From IMG/VR virus record IMGVR_UViG_3300027704_000015, positions 15,963 through 79,962 of that record: DNA of 64,000 bases; one strand, given 5' to 3'. Source of the DNA: a virus. Each line of letters starts with the position of its first letter. The first letter of the stretch is position 1. Position numbers and translations under genes: made by a program. Below the pieces are notes generated by a model that saw nothing but the letters and a program-made list of their open reading frames with translations, had not been told where the DNA came from and searched no databases. Below, piece by piece: positions 1-11,273 of this stretch.

Positions 1-2932
1 AGTATGTGTTGATAGTACAATGAACCTAGTATTTAATTTATATGATTCTTTTGGAGATGGAATGTGTGGTTCATGTTTTGGAGAGGCTGATGGTGAAGTA
101 TTGATATTAGATGAATCATGTGGTGATACATTGTTCCACTTAACTTCACCTAATATGAATTTTGGTGTTGAACTTAGTGAATCATTTGGATTTCTTAATA
201 CATGTGGAATTAATGCTAGTGTATACGGTTGTACTGACCCCGCATACGTTGAGTACGACGAATCATTTTTGTACGATGATGGTTCATGTTTAACATTAAA
301 CATTTATGGATGTACAGACTCTACTGCATTAAACTATGACCCTAATGCAAATACACAAATAAATACACCATCATGTAATTATACATTAAGATTAACAGAT
401 GGTGCTGGCGATGGTTGGTTCGGTTCTTATATTGGGATAGTACAGGGAGATTCATTATATGGTCCTTACACTTTTAATAATGGTTTCTATAATGATTTTA
501 ATATAAATTTAACAACAACCGAAAAAGCTAAAATATATTTTTATACTCAAGGTAATTCATCAGGGACAGCAAGTCAATGTGGGTTTAAGTTAATTAATCC
601 AGATGACGTTGTTACGTTTGAGGCTGGAACAAACCCATGGACAGATGCTATCGTTCCATTTCCAAAAGTATATACAGCAGAACAAGATTGTGGTAATACT
701 TGTTTACCGTCAGTTTTAGGGTGTATCGATTCATTTGCATTTAATTATGATTCTTTAGCTAATACAACAGACAGCTCATGTTATTATAATCCAGGATGTA
801 CTGATGCTGCTTATTTAGAATATCATACTCAAGGATTTATCGCTGATTTTAATAATGGTTCATGTTTATCATACGCTATATTTGGTTGTATGGATATGAC
901 AATGTTTAATTATGACCAATACGCGACAGTTCAATGGACAACAGTATTAAATGATACAACTCCTTGTATTGCAAAAATACTTGGTTGTTTAGACCCAACT
1001 GCTTTTAATTACGACCCACTAGCAAATACAGAAAATTATTCATGTGTCCCATTTATATATGGATGTATGGATGCAACACAATTCAATTATGATCCATCAG
1101 CGAATACTGATAACGGATCTTGTTTACCTTATATACTTGGTTGTACAGACTCAACAGCATTAAATTATGATGCTTTAGCTAATACTGATAACGGAACATG
1201 CATCCCTTTCTTATATGGATGTACAGACTCTTTAGCTTTAAATTATAACTCATTAGCGAATACAGATGATGGTTCTTGCATATCAACTATACTAGGTTGT
1301 ACTGATGTTAGTGCTTTCAATTACGATTCACTAGCTAATACTGATGATGGAACATGCGTTCCATTTATCTATGGATGTACAGATGCTTCACAGTTTAACT
1401 ATAATGCTTTAGCTAATTCAGATGATGGATCATGTATACCATTTATTTATGGTTGTACAGACCCCTCACAATTCAATTATAATGCTACTGCAAATACTGA
1501 TAACGGATCCTGTATCCCATTTGTTTACGGATGTTTAGATTCATTAGCATTTAATTTTAACCCACTAGCTAATACTGATAACGGATCATGTACACCAATA
1601 ATACTTGGTTGCACAGATACCGCAGCAATCAATTATAATCCTTTAGCAAATACAGAGGATGGTTCTTGTTTAGGTATTATATATGGATGTACTTCTCCAA
1701 TAGCATTCAATTATGATTCAACTGCAAATTCAGATGATGGTTCATGTATTCCTTTCATCTACGGTTGTATGGACAATACACAATTTAATTTCAATCCTTT
1801 AGCTAATTCAGATGATGGATCATGTATTCCAATCATTAATGGATGTACTGACAACACTCAATTTAATTACAATCCATTAGCAAATACTGATAATGGATCA
1901 TGTATTCCTTTTATCTTTGGATGTATGGATCCATTAGCATTTAACTTTGATCCTCTAGCTAATACAGACAACAACGGATGTATAGCTGTAGTACTTGGAT
2001 GTACTGATTCAACCTCAGTTACTTATGATCCTCTTGCAAATACGGATGATGGAAGTTGTATATCTCCATTGTATGGATGTACAGACTCAACGGCACTTAA
2101 CTATAACAACTTAGCTAATGTAGATGACGGTTCATGTATTGATATAGTTAATGGATGTACAGACCCATTAGCATTTAATTATAATTCATTGGCAAATGTA
2201 GATGACGGAACCTGTATTCCATTTATATATGGATGTATTGATCCAACACAATTCAATTACGACATTACAGCTAATACTGATGATGGTTCATGTATTCCTT
2301 ATATTTATGGGTGTATGGATATATTATCATTCAACTACAATCCTTTAGCAAATACTGACAATGGATCATGTATAGCAATCATATTAGGATGCATGGATAC
2401 AACAGCATTAAATTATGATATACTTGCTAATACAGAATATGTACCTTCTAATTGTATACTTCCTATATCAGGATGTACTGATGTTGCAGCTTACAATTAC
2501 GATCCAATTGCTAACACTTCAGACTCTACAGCTTGTTTATATGATGCAGGATGTTATGGAGGACCAGGAATGCCATATTGGTTAAACGATGGATGTTTTG
2601 CATGGGTAATCGATGTAGATGATTATTGCTGTACTACTGACTGGGACGCTTCATGTCAGTCAATGTATGATTACTGTCAACAAGGTTGGCCAACAGCAAT
2701 ACAAGATATATCAGCATTAGGTATTGTAGTGTATCCAAACCCTACTAAAGATGTTATAACAATAGAAACAAGATTAGATATACAAGTTGAATTGTATGAT
2801 ATGACAGGTAAGAGAGTTATTAATGAATCTAACACTAAACGATTAGACTTATCTAAATTGCCAAGTGGTATTTATAATATGTCAATACTTTACAATGATT
2901 CTAGATACAGTAAAAGGGTGATAAAACAATGA
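1..2932 (+). CDS. Secreted Cys-rich repeat protein with T9SS type A C-terminal sorting domain (probably 5'-truncated by window edge)
   Basis: About 25 repeats of GC(T/M)DxxAxNYxxxAxxDDGSC. C-terminus VYPNPTKD...LYDMTGK...LPSGIY...KRVIKQ matches the Por/T9SS CTD pattern. Frame is open to the window start. Confidence 0.85.
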   Translation, partial: VCVDSTMNLVFNLYDSFGDGMCGSCFGEADGEVLILDESCGDTLFHLTSPNMNFGVELSESFGFLNTCGINASVYGCTDPAYVEYDESFLYDDGSCLTLNIYGCTDSTALNYDPNANTQINTPSCNYTLRLTDGAGDGWFGSYIGIVQGDSLYGPYTFNNGFYNDFNINLTTTEKAKIYFYTQGNSSGTASQCGFKLINPDDVVTFEAGTNPWTDAIVPFPKVYTAEQDCGNTCLPSVLGCIDSFAFNYDSLANTTDSSCYYNPGCTDAAYLEYHTQGFIADFNNGSCLSYAIFGCMDMTMFNYDQYATVQWTTVLNDTTPCIAKILGCLDPTAFNYDPLANTENYSCVPFIYGCMDATQFNYDPSANTDNGSCLPYILGCTDSTALNYDALANTDNGTCIPFLYGCTDSLALNYNSLANTDDGSCISTILGCTDVSAFNYDSLANTDDGTCVPFIYGCTDASQFNYNALANSDDGSCIPFIYGCTDPSQFNYNATANTDNGSCIPFVYGCLDSLAFNFNPLANTDNGSCTPIILGCTDTAAINYNPLANTEDGSCLGIIYGCTSPIAFNYDSTANSDDGSCIPFIYGCMDNTQFNFNPLANSDDGSCIPIINGCTDNTQFNYNPLANTDNGSCIPFIFGCMDPLAFNFDPLANTDNNGCIAVVLGCTDSTSVTYDPLANTDDGSCISPLYGCTDSTALNYNNLANVDDGSCIDIVNGCTDPLAFNYNSLANVDDGTCIPFIYGCIDPTQFNYDITANTDDGSCIPYIYGCMDILSFNYNPLANTDNGSCIAIILGCMDTTALNYDILANTEYVPSNCILPISGCTDVAAYNYDPIANTSDSTACLYDAGCYGGPGMPYWLNDGCFAWVIDVDDYCCTTDWDASCQSMYDYCQQGWPTAIQDISALGIVVYPNPTKDVITIETRLDIQVELYDMTGKRVINESNTKRLDLSKLPSGIYNMSILYNDSRYSKRVIKQ

Positions 2933-4050
2933 AAAAGTTATTAATAATACTATTTGCAGTGATTAGCTTACAAGTTAGTGCGCAAGAAAAACAGGACAAA
3001 CATATAAAAAAATTATTCCAGAATGAATATGTAAAAGATCTACTTAAATTTGGTACAATATATGGTGCTGTTAACGGAGGTACATCATTATCTGATAGAG
3101 ATGTTTACTCAGTAACTAATGGTTTACAGACATCTGTTATTGAAACACCTTATGATTATTCCGTATTATTTGGAATAAGAAAGATCAAGAAATTTGGATA
3201 CGAAGACAAAGAAAGATTTAAGAATGGTACTGAAAACTCATTTACAGATGCAGCTACTATTGGTAGATGGACAAATAAAATTGAATTCTTAGTTCAGGGT
3301 GAATATAAAAGACAGCAAGGCGAATCTTATTTAGATCAACATCATTTTATTAGATATGTTGGCGATGATGGTTGTAGTAATAAAAACTGCTGGAGACATT
3401 ACATAGTAAAAATTGAATACCTTGAAGATGGTTTTGCTGATATAAAATACTTTGAAGCTTCAGAAAGATTTACATATAAACACCCATCTTTTAAAAATTT
3501 AACATTTAACTTTGGAGCTGCTCAGAGATTAGCAGAACCTTATGGTTATGATCCGTTAGAAGAGTGGATATTATCTACTGGTAATTTACATTATACTCAA
3601 CTTGCAATAGAAGAAGGTTACAATATTATCTTTGATGGTAACAATGGAGTAGAATATCTAGATCCTTCAGGAGATCAAGTGGCTACAAGTACTGAGGTAT
3701 GGGAAGCAGTTGTTATACCAACAGTAATAGCAAACTATGCAGAACGTAAACGAAATGAGTTAGAAAATACTATGCAACACTCTTTAGTATTTGGAGCAGA
3801 TTATTACAAATATGAAAAAAAGAGTTGGCTACATGCATGGGGTAATATAATGCCTTACCATTATGATGCAGGTGGAGAATTTAGTTATCATAAATTTATT
3901 GGAGGACAATGGTTAGATTATTCGGCAGGTATAGTTTATGGTCATTGGTACAATAAAAACTTAGGTATATTTTTAGAAGGAACTTATAACAGATATTGGA
4001 ATAGAGAATGGCACGGGTTTAGTGCTGGAGTAAATTACAGAGTATTTTAG
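2929..4050 (+). CDS. Signal-peptide protein, probable outer-membrane beta-barrel
   Basis: Sec signal MKKLLIILFAVISLQVSAQ; alternating aromatic strands; ends GVNYRVF (terminal Phe, BAM-type signal). Confidence 0.65.
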   Translation: MKKLLIILFAVISLQVSAQEKQDKHIKKLFQNEYVKDLLKFGTIYGAVNGGTSLSDRDVYSVTNGLQTSVIETPYDYSVLFGIRKIKKFGYEDKERFKNGTENSFTDAATIGRWTNKIEFLVQGEYKRQQGESYLDQHHFIRYVGDDGCSNKNCWRHYIVKIEYLEDGFADIKYFEASERFTYKHPSFKNLTFNFGAAQRLAEPYGYDPLEEWILSTGNLHYTQLAIEEGYNIIFDGNNGVEYLDPSGDQVATSTEVWEAVVIPTVIANYAERKRNELENTMQHSLVFGADYYKYEKKSWLHAWGNIMPYHYDAGGEFSYHKFIGGQWLDYSAGIVYGHWYNKNLGIFLEGTYNRYWNREWHGFSAGVNYRVF

Positions 4051-4061
4051 AGGAAAGAACA

Positions 4062-4346
4062 ATGGCAAAAGAATTAAACGAAGACACAGGGGTAACAGTA
4101 AGCATAAAAACATTAGGTGGAATTGCAGCTTTAATAGCAACAGTTGTAGGTATGTGGTTTGCATTACAAGCCGACATCGAAGAAGCAAAACTACTTCCAG
4201 AACCTCAAGCTCCTGTAATTAGTCGTATGGAATTCGATATGAAAGATAAGTTGGTACGACAAACTATTATGACAACTCAAGAGGATGTTAAAGAAATTAA
4301 GGTACAACTTGATAAATTAAATGATAAGATTGATAGATTAAGATAG
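4062..4346 (+). CDS. Single-TM coiled-coil membrane protein
   Basis: One hydrophobic helix followed by a coiled coil. Confidence 0.6.
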   Translation: MAKELNEDTGVTVSIKTLGGIAALIATVVGMWFALQADIEEAKLLPEPQAPVISRMEFDMKDKLVRQTIMTTQEDVKEIKVQLDKLNDKIDRLR

Positions 4347-4347
4347 T

Positions 4348-4698
4348 ATGAAACTATTAAAAACTAATATTTGTTTAACATCTAGAGTATCACTATTAAC
4401 AATAGCTGCGTTATTAGTGAGTACATTAGTTATAGCAAGTGTATATAGAACTACATTAGTTATTGAAGACGTTAATGAAGAAGAGGTAGAGGTTTGGATA
4501 CCAACAATAGAAGATATAGCTTTCCAAGACTCAATGTATGCTATAATAGAGCGAACTCAATTAGATTTGGATACTATTAGATCAGGTATAGATAGAATAC
4601 TATATAAACTTGAAAGATTTGATTACCCAGATGGCACGTATGATAGTATACGATATGTTGCTGGTGGTAAGATTGACAAACGCAGAAATAAGAGGTAG
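4348..4698 (+). CDS. Membrane-anchored hypothetical protein
   Basis: N-terminal TM segment; operonic spacing. Confidence 0.55.
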   Translation: MKLLKTNICLTSRVSLLTIAALLVSTLVIASVYRTTLVIEDVNEEEVEVWIPTIEDIAFQDSMYAIIERTQLDLDTIRSGIDRILYKLERFDYPDGTYDSIRYVAGGKIDKRRNKR

Positions 4699-4706
4699 AG
4701 TAGACA

Positions 4707-5087
4707 ATGAATAAAGATTATACAATATGGAAATTAATGGCAGGGTATATATTAATACTATTATTAATGTTGATATCAGTTACAGCTAATGGACAATCCC
4801 CATGTGGAAGTGATGGATTATGTGTAGTACAATTTAATGCAGGTTTTAACGAAGGCAATAAAGTAACATGGGTAGGTAACTTAGAGGAATGTGAAACATC
4901 ATTTATAGACATAGGTACAGATGCAAAAGCTTCAGGTAAATATAAGATTGTAGTTATACCTACGATACTTATATTCAATGGAGACGAAGAGATAGGTAGA
5001 TATCAAGCAAATATAATGATGGTGATGGAAGCTAAACAATCAGATATACAAGGTAAAATCGATGAAATAATCATGGATGCCTTTTAA
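4707..5087 (+). CDS. Exported thioredoxin-like fold protein lacking CxxC
   Basis: Signal peptide; VVQFNAxFN at the usual active-site position; YKIVVIPTILIFNGDEEIGR cis-Pro motif. Confidence 0.6.
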   Translation: MNKDYTIWKLMAGYILILLLMLISVTANGQSPCGSDGLCVVQFNAGFNEGNKVTWVGNLEECETSFIDIGTDAKASGKYKIVVIPTILIFNGDEEIGRYQANIMMVMEAKQSDIQGKIDEIIMDAF

Positions 5088-5102
5088 CTTAGGAGATATA
5101 TA

Positions 5103-5327
5103 ATGAGTTGGAAAGAAATATTTAAAGATGGGAATGATTACAATGAAAAATCGATAGTAGGTTTTTTAGCTTTTTTTGTAATGGTGATAGTGATGTTGGC
5201 TGATGTTATTACTGGATGGACAGGAGCAGATTTAGTAATAAACGAAGCTATATACAATTCATTTGTAATGGTTGTATTAGGATGTTTTGGGATAGCTGGA
5301 CTTGAAAAATTTGCAAATAGAAAGTAA
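5103..5327 (+). CDS. Small 2-TM membrane protein (holin-like)
   Basis: Two TM helices, charged C-terminus, AGGAG RBS. Confidence 0.5.
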   Translation: MSWKEIFKDGNDYNEKSIVGFLAFFVMVIVMLADVITGWTGADLVINEAIYNSFVMVVLGCFGIAGLEKFANRK

Positions 5328-5412
5328 TTATATAATAGCACTGTCTTATTCATTAAACATCTATTTATTATAGATAAGCAACGTATGAATAGGTTTATTA
5401 AAGAGGAAGGAT

Positions 5413-5664
5413 ATGTCAAAATTAGCACAAATGTTAGCAAATAGTAAATCACCAACTACAATGGTTACCAACGCAGATGTCTTTGCTCAAGAAACTGGTT
5501 TAGGTTTAGGTGGTATGACATCCAAAATTACACCACTTGGTAAGGTAGGTCCATTAGCACAAGAAGGAACTGCAGGGCTATCAAGTATGAGTTCAACATA
5601 TCAAAGCAGTCCAGGAGGAACAATAACACCAGCAGGTGAAAGCAGTCCTGTAAAAACAACATAA
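5413..5664 (+). CDS. Hypothetical protein
   Basis: GAGGA RBS; preceded by a TATTTAT motif. Confidence 0.6.
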   Translation: MSKLAQMLANSKSPTTMVTNADVFAQETGLGLGGMTSKITPLGKVGPLAQEGTAGLSSMSSTYQSSPGGTITPAGESSPVKTT

Positions 5665-5674
5665 AGGGAAAACA

Positions 5675-6028
5675 ATGAGTAAAGAAAAATTTAGTATAAA
5701 TAATTGGAGAAAGAAACGCGTACTTAAAGAAGGTGTAGGTGGAGTAGTTTCTAGAAATCCATTCAAAAAAATGCAAGGAATGTGGTTTACAGAAGCTGTA
5801 GATCATATTGATGATAAGGAAGCTGATACTGATTATGATAATCTTGAGGATAAAGATGTTGATAATGATGGTGATCATGATGCTTCAGATAAATACCTTC
5901 ATAAACGTCAAGGTAAAGTTGCTAAAGTAACTGAAAATGAATTAGAAGAAGAAATGTCTGATGAAGAATTTAATATTCAAGAATGGCAAAAGAAGTTCCT
6001 TGATAAACGTAATTTGAAATGGGGATAA
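5675..6028 (+). CDS. Acidic hypothetical phage protein
   Basis: DKDVDNDGDHDASDKYLHKR EF-hand-like motif; possible head-associated protein. Confidence 0.6.
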   Translation: MSKEKFSINNWRKKRVLKEGVGGVVSRNPFKKMQGMWFTEAVDHIDDKEADTDYDNLEDKDVDNDGDHDASDKYLHKRQGKVAKVTENELEEEMSDEEFNIQEWQKKFLDKRNLKWG

Positions 6029-6029
6029 T

Positions 6030-6371
6030 ATGATAAATCTTAAAAAATTATTAAGCGAAAATGTTTTAGGTGATCTACCTTCTTCAAAGTTAATGAAGAT
6101 GAAATGGAATCCTGTAACTGAAGCTACACAAGATGCTCCGGAGCATTCAGAGTTAGAAGAAGCTGCATTCAGTTTGAATGAAGCCTTTGCTACATGGAAA
6201 ATGCAATTTGCACCAATGACATTATCAGGTGTAACATTAGATCCAAAGAAAACTTTCACAGTAAAAGCTAGATCAACAGTTGAAGCAATTAAAAAGGCAT
6301 CTAAAGCAGCTGGTATTACTGGTGATGGTTGGATGGCAACTCAAACACATAAATTAGTAAAAGTAGGATAA
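6030..6371 (+). CDS. Hypothetical phage protein
   Basis: MIxLKKLLxE N-terminus; operonic. Confidence 0.6.
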   Translation: MINLKKLLSENVLGDLPSSKLMKMKWNPVTEATQDAPEHSELEEAAFSLNEAFATWKMQFAPMTLSGVTLDPKKTFTVKARSTVEAIKKASKAAGITGDGWMATQTHKLVKVG

Positions 6372-6424
6372 AGTAACGACCGAAACACGGTTATAGTATT
6401 AACAATTAATAAAGGAGAAATACA

Positions 6425-6607
6425 ATGAGTACAGTAGATTTATACACTTCGTTAGATGGTTTATGGGAAACATTCCAAGAAAATCATAGAAAACATAACG
6501 ATAAGAATAATAAAGCAGCTGCACAGAGAGCTAGAAAATCTTTAGGTGATATCAAGAAATTGGTAACTGAATATAGAAAAGCATCTGTTGAAGAATGCAA
6601 AAAATAA
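6425..6607 (+). CDS. Histone H1-like (Hc1-family) small DNA-binding protein
   Basis: NKAAAQRARKSLGDIKKLVTEYRKAS resembles the Bacteroidota Hc1-like motif. Confidence 0.65.
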   Translation: MSTVDLYTSLDGLWETFQENHRKHNDKNNKAAAQRARKSLGDIKKLVTEYRKASVEECKK

Positions 6608-6684
6608 AGAAGACACTAAGGGCTTCCTAAAAGTTCGTTAAGAGATCATAAGAATTCTCCAAGAACATATCTAGGAGAATTTTT

Positions 6685-7017
6685 ATGGTTAAACGAGTTA
6701 CAACAGACGGACATAGTTTCTCACGAGACGAATATAAATGGGAGTATGCTAACTTCCATTGGGATAAAGCAACTGGTGATGGTTATGAATGGGATGATGT
6801 AGTACTTATCAAAGAAATTTGGACAGGTAATACATATCAAGCAGTTGAAGCATTACCAGAGGAAAAAAAGAAGAAGCTTGTACGACTTGTAATGCGTAGG
6901 AGAGGTATTAAGTTATATGATGAATATAAAGAAGTATCTAACATTACAGCAAGTATTGAAGATATTAAATTGATAATTAAAGAAGTTAAAGTTAAAGTAA
7001 AGGTTGAGCTAGTATAG
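6685..7017 (+). CDS. Hypothetical protein
   Basis: ORF with AGGAG RBS. Confidence 0.6.
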   Translation: MVKRVTTDGHSFSRDEYKWEYANFHWDKATGDGYEWDDVVLIKEIWTGNTYQAVEALPEEKKKKLVRLVMRRRGIKLYDEYKEVSNITASIEDIKLIIKEVKVKVKVELV

Positions 7018-7830
7018 ATGGCAATTTCGGATAAAGTACTCTCAGAAATACAGGTAAAATTAGCCAAGCTATATGGTTCTGAAATACTTATTCTTAATGG
7101 TTCAGATTTAACTTTTATTGCAGCTACAGGTTTTGTAACTGGATCTGACGGATTAAATGGTTCTGCTTGGACTGATTATAGAACTGCTTTAGAGATTGCA
7201 GATGGAACAGAATTTGATCCTAAAGAATATCTACAAATAATTACCAAGCTCGGTATTAGAGGTGAGAAAGCTCTAGAAGCAAGTTTACAGGAGCGAAAGG
7301 TAAGATCTTTAAAGGACGCAACTGGAGCAGCAGCAGAGGCTAAGAAAGATCAATATGTTAAGCTATTTAGAGGTAGAGCGTTATTTACAGCTCCTGCTGA
7401 TCTGAAAGGTGTTGATGTATCATTATCTGGGTCAGCATTATTCATAGATTATGACGACTTATCTGATGCGGTAGAAGCAGAACTTGATTCTAAAATGATT
7501 GAAGAAACCAACATCTCTAAAATAATGATGCCTTCTGGTTCAGTTGCAACTCTAGGTGATCTTACATATATACAGGTAAAGGAAGGTAGAGAGGTTGCTA
7601 GAAGATCAATGCAAGCTCAAGGATTTAAAATTAGTAGAAAGAATTTAAGAGCTAAACCAAACGCTAGAGGTACTAGAGGTAGATTTAATGTATTTAATAA
7701 TCATCAAGAGCAATTCTACGCTACAGGTTCATGGAAAACTGGTACAGGTGGACCTAGAATACAAGGACATGCAGGTGGGGCTGAAAGTTGCGCATTTGTA
7801 ATTATTCACAGATCGGGATCGAGAGGATAG
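7018..7830 (+). CDS. Hypothetical protein (possible virion component)
   Basis: 270-aa ORF abutting the upstream gene. Confidence 0.6.
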   Translation: MAISDKVLSEIQVKLAKLYGSEILILNGSDLTFIAATGFVTGSDGLNGSAWTDYRTALEIADGTEFDPKEYLQIITKLGIRGEKALEASLQERKVRSLKDATGAAAEAKKDQYVKLFRGRALFTAPADLKGVDVSLSGSALFIDYDDLSDAVEAELDSKMIEETNISKIMMPSGSVATLGDLTYIQVKEGREVARRSMQAQGFKISRKNLRAKPNARGTRGRFNVFNNHQEQFYATGSWKTGTGGPRIQGHAGGAESCAFVIIHRSGSRG

Positions 7831-7837
7831 AGGAAAT

Positions 7838-8419
7838 ATGTATAAATTATTTACAGATAAAAAAGAAGTATTTGAGTGTGACCTAAAATTATCAGGAGCA
7901 TCTCTAGACAAATCTAATGTACGGTTAGTAGTTGAATCAGCAGATATAAATTTGTTATTCAAAGGGAAAATCGATTCAACTGGTAAGTGTGTTGTACCTG
8001 TTAAACGTCTAAGTGGACTACTAGGTGAGAGTACTACGGGAACACTACGGCTTGAAGTAATAGCAGATGATACATTCTTCACACCGTGGGAGAGTGAGTT
8101 TGTAGTTGAAACTAGTAAGAAAGTAACAATAGAGGTTAAGTCTCAAAACAAAACTCGAATAGTTGAAACTCAAAAACCAGTGATCCAAGTTGCAAATATT
8201 AAAAATATAGCACCAGCTAAGATACTAAAAGAATCAACGCATATAGTTCGCATACTCAAGCAGTTGATAAAAGAGAAGGTAACTCTTAAAAACATGCCAA
8301 GCAAGAAAAAAATAGTGAATAGAGTGATAGCAAACTATTCAAAAAAATATACGATTACAGAATCAAAACAAAAAAGGATTATTGATGGAATAGTCAAGGT
8401 TTTATCTAAACGTAAATAA
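7838..8419 (+). CDS. Hypothetical phage protein
   Basis: 193-aa ORF with RBS; beta-rich N-terminal domain. Confidence 0.6.
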   Translation: MYKLFTDKKEVFECDLKLSGASLDKSNVRLVVESADINLLFKGKIDSTGKCVVPVKRLSGLLGESTTGTLRLEVIADDTFFTPWESEFVVETSKKVTIEVKSQNKTRIVETQKPVIQVANIKNIAPAKILKESTHIVRILKQLIKEKVTLKNMPSKKKIVNRVIANYSKKYTITESKQKRIIDGIVKVLSKRK

Positions 8420-8432
8420 AAGGTTATAAAAT

Positions 8433-9623
8433 ATGCCAAACACATTATTCGGCACAAACATTTCAGATACTTACCAGAAACTGGTACAAGTAGAGAATGG
8501 ACAAGTATCAGATGGAACTGGTAGTCTTCTCCCTATCTCATTTAACGGTAATGATGTCACTATCATAGGTACATTGCACGCTACTTCTATATCATCTTCT
8601 CGAGTAACATCTTCGATAATTTATACAAGTGGATCAAGTACATTTGGTGATGAAGCAACTGATACACACACATTCTTAGGATCAATAACAGCCTCAGGTA
8701 ATATAAGTTCAAGTGGTAATGTTTATGGAACTAATATTTATGGTGTATCTACCCTTAGATTACATGATGCTATTGGATTATCTAGAAATGTTATTTCTAA
8801 CGGATCTGATGATAAAAGAGTTGAAGTAGGTAACGTATTTATGACAAGTGGGGTGTCATTAATAGGTAACGTAACAGCATCAGGTAATATAAGTTCTAGT
8901 GGTTATATTCAGACAACAGAATTAAGAGGAGCTGGAGATGGCGTTACACAATTAAATGTGCAAGGTCAAATAACAGCCTCAGGTAATATAACTGCAAGTC
9001 AAGTGTATGAAAGCACACTTTATCAATGGGAAGCAACTGCAAGATCTGATACAAATGATGATACAAACTGGCAAGGACCTAATGGATATGGTATCCATAC
9101 AAGAGCTGATTGGAATCAAGATTATGGGACTGATTATGACGATCCAAGTTCAACAAATGCAGAATCTAGATTATACATGAATACAGGGTGGAGGATACCT
9201 AATCAAGCAAATTACTCGTGTAGTATAAAATCAATGGATGTATATGTTGGGCACAACACAAATGATAATCATATATCAGCAAGTCAGAATTTCTCGTGCA
9301 CTCTATGGTACTCAAAAAATTCAGATCTAACTGGTGAAATAAATGTATTAGGCTCTAGTCCAGGTAGTTTTACTCAAAGACACGCTACTACAATTAGCTC
9401 TAGTCAGTTTAAAGCACCTGACGAAGCGTTCTTTAAATATAACAATTACTATGTATCAGCTTCAAACATGGACTTAAATTTAGCACCAGGTTCTATTATA
9501 TTTCCTAGAATTAAATCAGTAGGTAATTTGAATCCAGATCGAACTAATGATCCAACACCTAACCAGACAGGCTCAGTGCTTAATATACACTGGATAGTTA
9601 ATTATGCAAAAACACCACTATAG
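8433..9623 (+). CDS. Tail fibre-like protein
   Basis: Repeated ITASGNISSSG motifs; DTHTFLGS; Ser/Gly/Thr-rich. Confidence 0.55.
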   Translation: MPNTLFGTNISDTYQKLVQVENGQVSDGTGSLLPISFNGNDVTIIGTLHATSISSSRVTSSIIYTSGSSTFGDEATDTHTFLGSITASGNISSSGNVYGTNIYGVSTLRLHDAIGLSRNVISNGSDDKRVEVGNVFMTSGVSLIGNVTASGNISSSGYIQTTELRGAGDGVTQLNVQGQITASGNITASQVYESTLYQWEATARSDTNDDTNWQGPNGYGIHTRADWNQDYGTDYDDPSSTNAESRLYMNTGWRIPNQANYSCSIKSMDVYVGHNTNDNHISASQNFSCTLWYSKNSDLTGEINVLGSSPGSFTQRHATTISSSQFKAPDEAFFKYNNYYVSASNMDLNLAPGSIIFPRIKSVGNLNPDRTNDPTPNQTGSVLNIHWIVNYAKTPL

Positions 9624-9634
9624 GAGATGAAGTA

Positions 9635-11272
9635 ATGGGAAAACCAAATGAATTTATAGAAAGTGATAATCAAGCTGGATTTGGCGGAATAGGAAGACCT
9701 AATGATCCTAAAGGTATATTTGTTATTCCTACAGGGAGTGCATCAATACTTGGTACATCTAGTTCTATTAAAGCAGGAGAAGTAGGTTCAACTAAAGATA
9801 CGTTAACTTTATTAAGTGCATTTAATACAGGAGATTCTTATGAAGAAGCATGGCATGAACCGGTGCATTTTTTATATAAAAAGGTAACTCAATTAGCACA
9901 TGGTATAAACCGAGTAGGGGATGCACAATCAAATATATCATCTTCAACTGCTAACAAGGATCGAGATGATAGAGATATAGTAGATGCAACTGTGCGAATT
10001 ACAGGTAATCAAGATATAGCTGGAATTAAAACATTTAGTAATAGTATAGTATTAAATGGTCAATTAACTGGTGACGGAGCAACTAACATCACTAATTTTA
10101 ATAATGCAAATTTACTAGGAACACTTAATGTTGCATCTACAACTTGGTTAGGAAATCCTTATCTAGATAATTCTTCTAAAACTCGATTTAGTGGTGCAAA
10201 GGTTATTGTCAATGGAAATATGTACTTATCAGGTAATGTATCATCTTCTGGAGCAATTAGTAGCTCTAAAGGATTACTCGCAGGTAGTTTAGTTATCAGA
10301 AACAACAAAGTACAAAAAGTATCTATATTAAATAGCCATATAACAGCCTCAGGTAATATAAGTTCAAGTGGTACCATCTATGCAAACACCTTTAATGGTA
10401 TGTTTAGTGGTTCTTCACAAACTGATCATGATGCAGCTACAAATTTTGTAGCAAACGAACATATAGATCACTCAGAAATAAGTGTAGCAGCAGGAACTGG
10501 TTTAACTGGGGGAGGTACTATAGCAGCTAATAGAACTTTAAATGTAATAGGGGGTGATGGTATAACAGCTAATGCAAATGATATAGCAGTAACTGCAGCT
10601 CAAACTACTATTACATCCATGTATGCAACCGATTTAAAAATTGGTGAGGATGCAGAAACAGCAATAGACTTTGAAACAGTTAATGAAATACATTTTGATG
10701 CAAACAATTCTGAAGTAATGAAGGTACGAGCAGGTGGTGTTGAAATAACAGGACAAGTGACTGCTTCATCAAATATAAGTGCACTTGGATTAAAAGTTGC
10801 ATCAACAATTACAGGATCAATATCATCTTATAAAGGTTCAGCAACTGATTATATCTTAACACCTAATGATTTTAATCAAGTAGTTCTTAATGAAGATGGA
10901 AATGGCGTTTTAATACCTGATGCATTAGGTAGATTTAGTTCACCTAGTGTAGTAGGAACAATAATTGCACAGATAACTATACCTCAAGGATTGATACCAA
11001 CACATGTAAGCCTGATACCTAGTACCACAGCTCAAACAAATAGGAACACCAAGTTTGCATTATATCATAACTTGTTTTCAGATAGTTCTACTGTAACTGC
11101 AATAGATGGAAGCATAAATAATGCTGGTGTTCCAATAACTAAAAAATGTACGATAAGAGCATCAAATTCTTTGTTATTTCTTAATGCAGCATCATACCTA
11201 ACTATTGCCCTCAGATTTGGAGCTACAAGTGATCAAATAGCTGGAGCAAGTATTACCATGAGGCATAGATAA
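9635..11272 (+). CDS. Tail fibre-like protein
   Basis: QDIAGIKTF, AGTGLTGGGT and ITASGNISSSG fibre motifs. Confidence 0.6.
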   Translation: MGKPNEFIESDNQAGFGGIGRPNDPKGIFVIPTGSASILGTSSSIKAGEVGSTKDTLTLLSAFNTGDSYEEAWHEPVHFLYKKVTQLAHGINRVGDAQSNISSSTANKDRDDRDIVDATVRITGNQDIAGIKTFSNSIVLNGQLTGDGATNITNFNNANLLGTLNVASTTWLGNPYLDNSSKTRFSGAKVIVNGNMYLSGNVSSSGAISSSKGLLAGSLVIRNNKVQKVSILNSHITASGNISSSGTIYANTFNGMFSGSSQTDHDAATNFVANEHIDHSEISVAAGTGLTGGGTIAANRTLNVIGGDGITANANDIAVTAAQTTITSMYATDLKIGEDAETAIDFETVNEIHFDANNSEVMKVRAGGVEITGQVTASSNISALGLKVASTITGSISSYKGSATDYILTPNDFNQVVLNEDGNGVLIPDALGRFSSPSVVGTIIAQITIPQGLIPTHVSLIPSTTAQTNRNTKFALYHNLFSDSSTVTAIDGSINNAGVPITKKCTIRASNSLLFLNAASYLTIALRFGATSDQIAGASITMRHR

Positions 11273-11273
11273 T

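Noticed and set aside
700-2540. Periodic ~78-bp repeats as CRISPR or DGR
   Set aside because: In-frame protein repeats with synonymous variation; no reverse transcriptase.
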